NCBI GenBank assembly: GCA_963715085.1
Contig: CAVQQU010000005.1
Span: forward strand, 30,538 to 94,537
Reading direction: 5' to 3'
From: an uncultured Chloroflexia bacterium
GTDB taxonomy: Bacteria > Chloroflexota > Limnocylindria > Limnocylindrales > CSP1-4
DNA length: 64,000 bases
Under the pieces are notes generated by a model. It did no database searches and was not told where the DNA came from. It saw nothing but the letters and a program-made list of their open reading frames with translations. Positions 36,348 to 43,344 of the stretch are shown in pieces. Both the position numbers and the translations under genes were made by a program. How positions within the stretch are numbered: position 1 is the first letter of the stretch; each line of letters starts with the position of its first letter.

Positions 36348-36980
36348 CTACTCCACCGGCTGCTCCGATACCTTCGCCGCGTACTCGTCGATCTGGTCGA
36401 GTGTCACGTTGTCCCCGAGGAAGCTCCAGGGTGGCGCGGCTCCCACGACCATGCCCGTGCTGGCGGGACATTTCGTCTTGGGACCCACCAGCGTTGTTGT
36501 CTGGAGGGTCTTGCCGGTCCGCGCGACGACCACTCGTATCTTCACCGCGTCCCGAAGGCGAAGGAGCTCGCCGCTCACTCCTTCGACCATCGTGTAGATC
36601 CCGCACGAACCACCGGGCTTGGGCTTCGCGGGTTCGGGGCAGACGATCAGCTGGATCGTCGGGCTCGCCCACTCGCCATCACGCCACTTCCCGTTGATGT
36701 CGTAGTCGGGCAGCCAGCTCCATACGCCAGCCTTTCCATGGGGCCCTGCGATCACGAGAGGGTGCACGGTGCCGGCGTAGGGAGCGGCCCACGCGACGGG
36801 CTCCCCGTAGCAGGCCCTGATCAGCTCGGTTTCGGGCGCTGGTGTCGGCAGCGGCGTCGGCGCTGCGGTCGGGGCCGGCGTCCGGGCGGTGGTGGGCGTC
36901 ACGGGCGATGGAAGGCCGGTTGATGCCCCACCTCCGCAGCCAGCGAGGGCCACGGTCAGGGCGAGCAACAGGCGGCGCAC
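36348..36980 (-). CDS. Lipoprotein of unknown function (paralogue 2)
   Basis: GGAGGA lies 7 nt before the GTG at 36980. Lipobox LTVALAGC. Shares the motifs ACYG, APYAG-VHPLV, IQL(I/V)VC, G-CG-Y, V-(I/V)RVVVA-TGK-LQ and KCP with 35535..36218. Confidence 0.7.
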   Translation of the reverse strand: MRRLLLALTVALAGCGGGASTGLPSPVTPTTARTPAPTAAPTPLPTPAPETELIRACYGEPVAWAAPYAGTVHPLVIAGPHGKAGVWSWLPDYDINGKWRDGEWASPTIQLIVCPEPAKPKPGGSCGIYTMVEGVSGELLRLRDAVKIRVVVARTGKTLQTTTLVGPKTKCPASTGMVVGAAPPWSFLGDNVTLDQIDEYAAKVSEQPVE

Positions 36981-37127
36981 CGACGGTTCCTCCAGCCGCC
37001 AGTCTAGGCCCCGCGTTGCCCAGTGCGCGTCCATCCCGACGGCCGGAGCGGAACGCCCGGTGTGGAGCTGAGGGCCGACAGCGGCATGCAGGCCTGGGCC
37101 GGCGTAGTTCTGCCGATGACACAGCAG

Positions 37128-37157
37128 GACCCCCGACAGCCGAACCGCCGGGGGTCC
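37128..37157 (-). terminator. Stem-loop after the stop of 37171..37740
   Basis: GGACCCCCG...CGGGGGTCC forms a 9-bp GC stem, 14 nt downstream of the stop on the minus strand. Confidence 0.55.
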
Positions 37158-37170
37158 CGCGCTACGGTCG

Positions 37171-37740
37171 TTAGGCCCGGTAGACCTTCATCTTGACCTG
37201 TGCAGACAGTCCGTTCAGGTCGCCGGTGTACTTGTACGTGCCGGTCGGGTAGTCGTTGTCGATCCGGAGCGGAGTGGCCGAGCCGCTCAGCCCGTAGGTG
37301 AAGCCGTCGATCAGCGTGCAGTCCGCCATCTGGTCGCGGCACTGAAGGAAGAAGAACGGGGCGGTCCCGGCGATCTGCCTGGCCATCTGGTCGCAGTACG
37401 CGAGAAGCGTGACGTCACTCGTGGTCAAGCAAGACCACTTGGCGTTGAAGTAAGCCGCCAGCGCGGCCTTCTGGGTGTCACTCGCTTTCAGGACGAAGGG
37501 ATAGCGAGTGTCATCCGGAATGAGCGGGTCCGCTACGGTGTTCACGACGTCCAACGCCATCAGCCCGGGGTTCCCGGTGGTCGGGATGAAGAACCCGCCC
37601 TTGTACGACCCGGCGGCGAGACTGTCCTGACCCTCGATCCAGAGGTCCGTCGAGAACGTGGCGGGCTTGGCGGCAGCCACCGGGCCGGCGACCACCGCGA
37701 CGAGCGCGAGGGCAGATAGAACCGCGATGAACCGACGCAT
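37171..37740 (-). CDS. Secreted hypothetical protein (189 aa, Cys-containing)
   Basis: GGAGG lies 5 nt before the ATG at 37740. Signal peptide MRRFIAVLSALALVAVVAGPVAAA. The longer ORF call to 37839 only translates the conserved leader. Confidence 0.7.
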   Translation of the reverse strand: MRRFIAVLSALALVAVVAGPVAAAKPATFSTDLWIEGQDSLAAGSYKGGFFIPTTGNPGLMALDVVNTVADPLIPDDTRYPFVLKASDTQKAALAAYFNAKWSCLTTSDVTLLAYCDQMARQIAGTAPFFFLQCRDQMADCTLIDGFTYGLSGSATPLRIDNDYPTGTYKYTGDLNGLSAQVKMKVYRA

Positions 37741-37762
37741 GCGACCTCCTTGGGGCGCCATC

Positions 37763-37844
37763 CGCGGGTCGGTCTCGCCAGTGGCTCGGCGCGGTCCCGG
37801 CGGCCAGGGTTTGGGCCGCGTGTCAGAGCCTCCCGCCAACTGGT
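37763..37844 (-). promoter_or_regulatory. Conserved structured 5' leader, copy 2
   Basis: The sense RNA is ACCAGUUGGCGGGAGGCUCUGACACGCGGCCCAAACCCUGGCCGCCGGGACCGCGCCGAGCCACUGGCGAGACCGACCCGCG. It ends 22 nt before the AUG. Confidence 0.7.
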
Positions 37845-37984
37845 AGCCGGTCTACTCCGACCAACCGTCGCCGTCTATGTCCGTTGTGCCTCTCTTGGTC
37901 CGTTGCGCCATTTCTGGCGGCAATTCTCGTTGAGGGCCGATCGACCGTGTACGAGGGAGTCAGCCTGGAGCTGCCTTCGCCGGC

Positions 37985-38105
37985 TATGGCCCGATGCCGC
38001 TCGCGTTGACTGGCCGCACCGCCGACGGCCTGATCGTCCAATTGGCGGATCCGGACCGGATCCGCTGGACGGTCGGCCTCATGCGTGAGCCTGCCGAGAC
38101 AGCCC
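37985..38105 (+). pseudogene. Fragment resembling an LLM-class (F420/flavin-dependent) oxidoreductase
   Basis: Only ~40 aa (LALTGRTADGLIVQLADPDRIRWTVGLMREPAETA). No N- or C-terminal remainder is present. Confidence 0.3.
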
Positions 38106-38131
38106 GAGCCGCCCGCCGTCGACTCGACCCG

Positions 38132-38659
38132 TCAGTAGAGCCACGGGATCAGCCGGCGCGTGCGCCGCCGGTAGGCTGCGTAGCCGGCGAACTGCTCGGC
38201 GAGCCACGCTTCCTCGCGGCGTGACTTGAGGTCGAAGAAGACCCCCAGCACGAAGGCGCCCGCGAGGGCCAGGGGCGAGGCCATGACGAGGCCCCAGCCG
38301 AGACCGACGATCACGCCGCCGCCGTCCATCGGGTGCCGGACGAGCCCGAAGACACCGTGCTCGATGAGGCGGCCACCCGGCACCGGCCGCGGATACGCGG
38401 TCAGCTGGCGTCGGAGCCCGAGGATGCCGGCGATCACGAGACCGACGCCGAGGGGGATCAACGGCAGTCCGGCGCTCGCCCCGACCACCCTCGCCGAGCC
38501 GTTCCAGAGCGGTCCCACGAACCCGGCGGCGATGATGCCAACGAAGAGGAGGAGCTGGAGGACGACCCAGCCTTCGCCGCGCCGACCGAGGTCCGGCAGG
38601 CGAACACGGTTGGTGATCAGGGAGTGCGCCTTCGTCGAGATCATCGTCCTACCTCTCAC
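38132..38659 (-). CDS. Isoprenylcysteine carboxyl / phospholipid methyltransferase-family membrane protein
   Basis: Multi-TM protein with ...GLVRHPMDGG...REEAWLAEQFAGYAAYRRRTRRLIPWLY, typical of the ICMT/PEMT family. Confidence 0.7.
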   Translation of the reverse strand: MRGRTMISTKAHSLITNRVRLPDLGRRGEGWVVLQLLLFVGIIAAGFVGPLWNGSARVVGASAGLPLIPLGVGLVIAGILGLRRQLTAYPRPVPGGRLIEHGVFGLVRHPMDGGGVIVGLGWGLVMASPLALAGAFVLGVFFDLKSRREEAWLAEQFAGYAAYRRRTRRLIPWLY

Positions 38660-38984
38660 GTCCGAGCTGGCCCGCGATGATCGCGAGCCCGCAGGCGATC
38701 AGCCCGAGTGCGAAGACGGGGATCTCCATGCCGGCCAGGGCGCCGAGCCCGGCCAGGAGCGCGCCCGCCCCAATGATCACGCCGAACCGGTCGATCGGTA
38801 GGCCGATGTACAGCCGGGTGGCGTTTGCGCCGAGCATCAGGAGGCCCAGGCCCACCAGCCAGGTGCCGTCGGGCACGCCGGGGACGAGGACGAGGACCCC
38901 GGTCATCAGGAGCAGGAGCCCCCAGCCGATCACGTCGATCCGGCCGGAGATGTCGTGTCGTCCCATGTTCGCTGCCGTTCCCAT
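38649..38984 (-). CDS. Small 4-TM membrane protein (hypothetical)
   Basis: Hydrophobic ORF overlapping the next gene's start by 11 nt. Start uncertain (38984 or 39053). Confidence 0.45.
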   Translation of the reverse strand: MGTAANMGRHDISGRIDVIGWGLLLLMTGVLVLVPGVPDGTWLVGLGLLMLGANATRLYIGLPIDRFGVIIGAGALLAGLGALAGMEIPVFALGLIACGLAIIAGQLGRER

Positions 38985-39058
38985 CGCTGTGTCTCCCCGG
39001 GGGAGGAGCCCCCGCATTGATGTCGCGTCGGGCCTTCCAAGCTCAGCCTTCATCGCGA

Positions 39059-39149
39059 CGTTGACAGACTAGAAGAACGAACGCTCGCTTTGCATGTGCC
39101 ATTCGGCCCTATTCTGGATGTGCTAGAGTGACCAGACAGCAAAGGAGCG
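39059..39149. promoter_or_regulatory. Lower-GC divergent intergenic region with inverted-repeat arms (candidate TetR operator)
   Basis: CTAGAAGAACGAACGCTCGC (39059-39078) faces GGAGCGCTCGTTCTAG (39134-39149). Confidence 0.35.
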
Positions 39150-39184
39150 CTCGTTCTAGTTGAGTGCCATGAGGAGGCCAGTAC

Positions 39185-39817
39185 ATGCCACGGATCACGG
39201 CTGAGCACGAGGCAGAGAAGCGCAAGCACATCCTCGACGCCGCACGCCGGGTGTTCGTCGCGAAGGGCTTCCACGAAGCGAGCATCGACGACGTCGTCGC
39301 CGAGAGCGGCGTCTCCGTGGGCGCCATCTACAACTACTACGGGGGGAAGGACGAGCTGATCCACGAGAGCATCCTGGCCGCGATCAACGTCGAGGCGGAC
39401 GCCGTCCTCGCGGACGGCCGGTTCGTCGGCAACGCGCGCGCCAAGATGGAGCGGGCGATCTGGGGGTACTTCGACTTCACGATCGACGCGCCCGGCGCTG
39501 CCGCCTTCCTCGTCCAGTGCTGGGCGTTGGCGTCGCAAAGGCCCCTCATCCGCGACCTCCTCGTCCGGCGCCGCGAGCGTACGGTGACGGTCGCCGTGCT
39601 CATCGGCCGCGAGGCCGTCGAGACCGGCGAGCTGCCGGCGGGCTTCGATGTCGAGGCCATGGCCCGGGGGTTCACCGCCCTGCTCGACGGCCTCGTCCTC
39701 CAGCGCGTGGAGGAGGGCGACGCCTACCGCCGCGCCGACATGGAGCGGCGGGTGCTGGCGTTCCTCGACCTGGTCGCCCCGCGCCGGCCCGCTGACGGCG
39801 TGAGCTGGAGAGAGTGA
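39185..39817 (+). CDS. TetR/AcrR-family transcriptional regulator
   Basis: HTH segment KRKHILDAARRVFVAKGFHEASIDDVVAESGVSVGAIYNYYGGKDEL. GAGGAGG lies upstream of the ATG. Confidence 0.9.
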   Translation: MPRITAEHEAEKRKHILDAARRVFVAKGFHEASIDDVVAESGVSVGAIYNYYGGKDELIHESILAAINVEADAVLADGRFVGNARAKMERAIWGYFDFTIDAPGAAAFLVQCWALASQRPLIRDLLVRRRERTVTVAVLIGREAVETGELPAGFDVEAMARGFTALLDGLVLQRVEEGDAYRRADMERRVLAFLDLVAPRRPADGVSWRE

Positions 39818-39830
39818 CGGGCCCCGGCCG

Positions 39831-40370
39831 TTACGGACGCGGCCGGCGCGCGGCGAAGCGCGGCGCCCACAGCCCGATCCCGATGCCGAAGGCGGCGTGG
39901 CCGAGGAGCATGATCCGGTTGAGCCGCGCCGCGTCGCCGGACCGGAGACCGAACCAGCCGTAGCCCATCGACGGGAACATGACGAGGAGCGGCAGCGCGG
40001 CCGTCGCGATGCCGTACGCCGTCCCCACCGCCAGGCTCGTTCGGTCATTCCCGCTACGCGGAAGAAGCACGAATGCCTCGGTGAGGATGACGCCCGTGGC
40101 GTAATGGGTGAGCATGCCCAGCGCAAGCTCACCGCGGACGGCCGGCTCGCTAGTGATCTCGATCTCATCGCGGCGCCAGCGGCCGCGCGCCAGGTCCGCC
40201 GCCCATCGCCCGATCATGTCCGGGCCGAGACGTTCCGAGGTGAAGGCGCTGCCGCCGAAGCGCTCGGCGGTCACCATCGCGATGTCCATGGTGACGGTCG
40301 CCAGCACGCCCGCCGGCACCCCGGCCGGAACACGGATCGAGCGGCTGCGATGATCGCTCATTGCCGGCAA
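39831..40370 (-). CDS. Membrane protein (DUF2938-like, tentative)
   Basis: 179 aa with 4-5 hydrophobic segments. The family name is from memory only. Confidence 0.45.
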   Translation of the reverse strand: MPAMSDHRSRSIRVPAGVPAGVLATVTMDIAMVTAERFGGSAFTSERLGPDMIGRWAADLARGRWRRDEIEITSEPAVRGELALGMLTHYATGVILTEAFVLLPRSGNDRTSLAVGTAYGIATAALPLLVMFPSMGYGWFGLRSGDAARLNRIMLLGHAAFGIGIGLWAPRFAARRPRP

Positions 40371-40426
40371 TTATCCGCCGCGCGCTGGCGTTTGGGGGAA
40401 GCCGAGACGACTGCTCGAGGGTGCCC

Positions 40427-41425
40427 CTATGCCCCGGTGGTCCGACGCGCTTCGGCGTCTCGTGGGCTCTCACGGGACAGCATCTGGACCTGCTCGGCAA
40501 CCTGACACCCGATCGCCCTGCACTTCGTGATCCCATCACCCTCGACGTAGTCGGACACGCCCTTCGAGTCGGAGAAGTCGCATCCAGTGATCTTCTGGCA
40601 CTGGGTGCTGCCGAACTCGCTCGCGAACCACTTCGCCAGGCGGTTCCCGCGGTTCATGCTGGCGTTGAACTTGTTGAGGTGGTCACCGAAGGCGTCTCCG
40701 CCGACCGTCATGATGGCGAGCAGGCGGGCGACCCGCAGGCGGCTGTTCTCGATCTCCCCGTCCTTGAGGCCGATCGCCATCACACCCGCCGTGAGCGCGC
40801 TGCACGTCCTGCCCATGAACAGCGTCCCGCCCATGTACGCCGAGGTGGCATCGAACAGCTCGCGGTGCTCGGCGGGTGAGTAGCCTAGGTGGCCGAGCAC
40901 GGCCTGGGCGCAGTGGAACTCGCTCTCCACGAAGTGCGAGTACAGCCTCGAGTAGGCCGGCCGGGTGCTCTCCGGGATGGCATCCGGTCGGGCGTCGTCG
41001 AGCGCGCCCCGCCAGAGCTCCGCCGAGCGCAGGACCGGACCGACGCACTGCCGCGGGAAGCCTTCCTTCGTTCGGATCTCCCGGCACTGGAGCGTCCCCT
41101 GGCAGGCGAGGAAGTCGCGGCACAGCGCATGCCCCCGGTCGAAGAGCACCGGAAGACCGCGGTCAACCTCGCGCAGGCCGTGCTGGGTGCCCATCATCGC
41201 GAGGGGCGAGGTGACGGCCCCGCACTCGTGCCCCGTGTTGCCGATGCCCCCCGGCATGCCGGCGCTCAGCCTGACGAGCCACTCCTTGTCTGTCGATGAG
41301 ACATCGAGGATCGTCTTCATCGCTGTCGGAGCACAGTGGCCCATCCTCAGCAGGTTGGAGAAGGCCTGCCTCCGGTAGCTCCAGTTCGGCGCCGGGCCTG
41401 GTCGAGGTGGCGTCTGCGTCTCCAT
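40427..41425 (-). CDS. C_GCAxxG_C_C-family (putative redox-active) protein, two-domain
   Basis: GHECGAVTSPLAMMG and GRTCSALTAGVMAIG motifs, plus C-terminal Cys pairs (QCQKITGC, KCRAIGC). No signal peptide. Confidence 0.6.
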   Translation of the reverse strand: METQTPPRPGPAPNWSYRRQAFSNLLRMGHCAPTAMKTILDVSSTDKEWLVRLSAGMPGGIGNTGHECGAVTSPLAMMGTQHGLREVDRGLPVLFDRGHALCRDFLACQGTLQCREIRTKEGFPRQCVGPVLRSAELWRGALDDARPDAIPESTRPAYSRLYSHFVESEFHCAQAVLGHLGYSPAEHRELFDATSAYMGGTLFMGRTCSALTAGVMAIGLKDGEIENSRLRVARLLAIMTVGGDAFGDHLNKFNASMNRGNRLAKWFASEFGSTQCQKITGCDFSDSKGVSDYVEGDGITKCRAIGCQVAEQVQMLSRESPRDAEARRTTGA

Positions 41426-41504
41426 CAGGCCTGCCCTGCCAGTCTTGCCAGGATCGAGGACGGCGCGGTGTGCATGGTCACTGTGGCCCTCTCGGGACGC
41501 ATCC

Positions 41505-41585
41505 CGCGGGTCGGTCCCGCCAGTGGCTCGGCGCGGTCCCGGCGGCCGGGGTCTGGACCGCGCGTCGCAGCCTCCCGCAGCTGGG
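41505..41585 (-). promoter_or_regulatory. Conserved structured 5' leader, copy 3
   Basis: The sense RNA is CCCAGCUGCGGGAGGCUGCGACGCGCGGUCCAGACCCCGGCCGCCGGGACCGCGCCGAGCCACUGGCGGGACCGACCCGCG. It lies 29 nt before a 16-codon uORF AUG and 79 nt before the main AUG. Confidence 0.65.
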
Positions 41586-41646
41586 ACGCTGACGGACGTG
41601 CGCCGGATTGGCGAGTGGCAAACGGCCCGACCTCGGCTGACATGGC

Positions 41647-41677
41647 GTCTGGCCGCCGGTCGTCCCGGCGGCCAGAC
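41647..41677 (-). terminator. 13-bp perfect stem-loop after the binding-protein gene
   Basis: GTCTGGCCGCCGG-TCGTC-CCGGCGGCCAGAC, 12 nt downstream of the stop at 41690. No U-tract. Confidence 0.5.
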
Positions 41678-41689
41678 GGCCGCTTCGGA

Positions 41690-43174
41690 CTACCTCTTGC
41701 CCGGCCAGGAGCCGGTGAAGTCGCTGGCCCTGTAGTAGCCCGTGTCGATCAGGGCCGCCTGGATGTTGGCCCGGGTGACGGTGACGCTCGGCAGGAGCGA
41801 TGCCGGGACCGAGACGACGCCGTTGTCGGAGGTTGCGTTCGTGGCCGGGGTGCCGCCCGACATGAGGGTCGCGGCCGCCGCGAGACCCGCCCGCACGCGG
41901 GCGCGGGGATCCTTGAAGACCGTCATCCCCTGGGTTCCGTTGATGAGGTACTGGACCCACGCCCTGTCCGCGTCCTGCCCAGTCGCGAAGAAGGTCGTGA
42001 CGTCCGGGTCGGCCTCGAAGACGTCCGTGATCGCGCGGGCGGTGGTGTCGTTGGGAGCCAGGACGAAGGCCGTGCTCTTGGCGGCCGCCGGGACGGCTGC
42101 GAGGTTGCCCGCCGCCAGGGTCCGCGCGGTGCCGAAGTCCCAGTTGGTGGTGATCTGGGTGATGACCGACCCGAGCTGTTCGCGGCTGAGGGTGGGGCTC
42201 CCCGCCAGCGAGGTCGCCACGCTCGAGTTGCGGATCACGAAGGTGCCGTCGGCGACCTTGGGCTGGAGCTTGCCCCAGGCGCCATCGAGGAATACGAAGG
42301 AGTTGTCGTCGGCGGGGTTGCCCGCGTACAGGTACAGGTTGTTGCCGGTGGTCGCACCGGCTCGGTCGATCAGGTACTGAGCCTGCGCCGCGCCAACAGC
42401 CAGGCGGTCGAAGTCGAGGTGGTAGTCGACCGCCGCCGTCCCGCGGATCAGCCGGCCGTACGCGATGACCTTGACGCCCGCTGCCCGTGCCTCGTCGGCC
42501 GCGACGGCCGCCGCCGCGGCGTCCTGGGGGCAGAGGAGAAGGATGCGAGTGCCCTGCCGGATGAGCGCCCGAACCTGCGCCAGCTCCGTCACCGCGTCCT
42601 GGCTCACGAGGACCCGTGCGCCGTACGCCGTGGCGGGGAGAGTCTTCCAGAATGCCGCCAAGTCCGGCCAGGTCGACGGCACCACGACGCCGATCGGCGC
42701 ATAGAGGACCGTGACGACGCCGCACTTGACCCCGCCGGTCGTGCTGCTGCCGACCCGGATGGCGATCTTCCCGGCGCTCGTGGTCGCGGCCTTGATCAGC
42801 TTGACCTGGGTGGCCGTGAGGCTCGAGGTCCGGGTCGCGGTGCCGGAGCTCGTCGTCCTGATCGCCGGGAACCTGATGAGCGCCGCTCCGGCGGACCCAC
42901 ATGTTCCCTTCGAGAGCGTGACCGGCAGGTACGTGGCCGCCCGCAGCTTCGCCAGCTTGAGGGCGAGCGACCCCGACCCAGTCGTGTACGCGGAGATCGT
43001 CGCCGTGCCGTTGGCCCCGGAGGGGCCGACCTTCGCCCGCCACGAGGCGCCCACCGTGGCGGCGCTGGCGGGCGAGACCACCGTCATCACCAGGATGGCG
43101 GCCATGGAGAGCGACAGGCCGGCGCCCAGCCGGCGCCGACCCAGATACGTGGCTCGCATCGCACCCACCTTCAT
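41690..43174 (-). CDS. Exported periplasmic-binding-protein-like (sugar-binding type I fold) protein with extra ~120-aa N-terminal domain
   Basis: AGGAAGG lies 5 nt before the ATG at 43174. Signal peptide ...LSLSMAAILVMTVVSPASA. The C-terminal ~370 aa resemble ChvE/XylF-type binding proteins (ILLLCPQDAAAAAVAADEARAAGVKVIAYGRLI...). No permease or ATPase gene is nearby. Confidence 0.6.
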   Translation of the reverse strand: MKVGAMRATYLGRRRLGAGLSLSMAAILVMTVVSPASAATVGASWRAKVGPSGANGTATISAYTTGSGSLALKLAKLRAATYLPVTLSKGTCGSAGAALIRFPAIRTTSSGTATRTSSLTATQVKLIKAATTSAGKIAIRVGSSTTGGVKCGVVTVLYAPIGVVVPSTWPDLAAFWKTLPATAYGARVLVSQDAVTELAQVRALIRQGTRILLLCPQDAAAAAVAADEARAAGVKVIAYGRLIRGTAAVDYHLDFDRLAVGAAQAQYLIDRAGATTGNNLYLYAGNPADDNSFVFLDGAWGKLQPKVADGTFVIRNSSVATSLAGSPTLSREQLGSVITQITTNWDFGTARTLAAGNLAAVPAAAKSTAFVLAPNDTTARAITDVFEADPDVTTFFATGQDADRAWVQYLINGTQGMTVFKDPRARVRAGLAAAATLMSGGTPATNATSDNGVVSVPASLLPSVTVTRANIQAALIDTGYYRASDFTGSWPGKR

Positions 43175-43198
43175 CACGACCTTCCTGGGACGCGATCT

Positions 43199-43276
43199 GC
43201 GGTCGGTCTCGCCGGTGGCTCGGCGCGATCCCGCCGACCGGGCGTGGACCGCGTGTCGGGGCTTCCCGTCACCAGT
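43199..43276 (-). promoter_or_regulatory. Conserved structured 5' leader, copy 4 (most divergent of the four)
   Basis: The sense RNA is ACUGGUGACGGGAAGCCCCGACACGCGGUCCACGCCCGGUCGGCGGGAUCGCGCCGAGCCACCGGCGAGACCGACCGC. It ends 24 nt before the AUG. Confidence 0.65.
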
Positions 43277-43344
43277 CACAGATGCGGCTCGCGGTCCGAG
43301 TGTCCCACGCCGCTGCATCGTGCGGTCCCACTCGCGGCGCGGGG

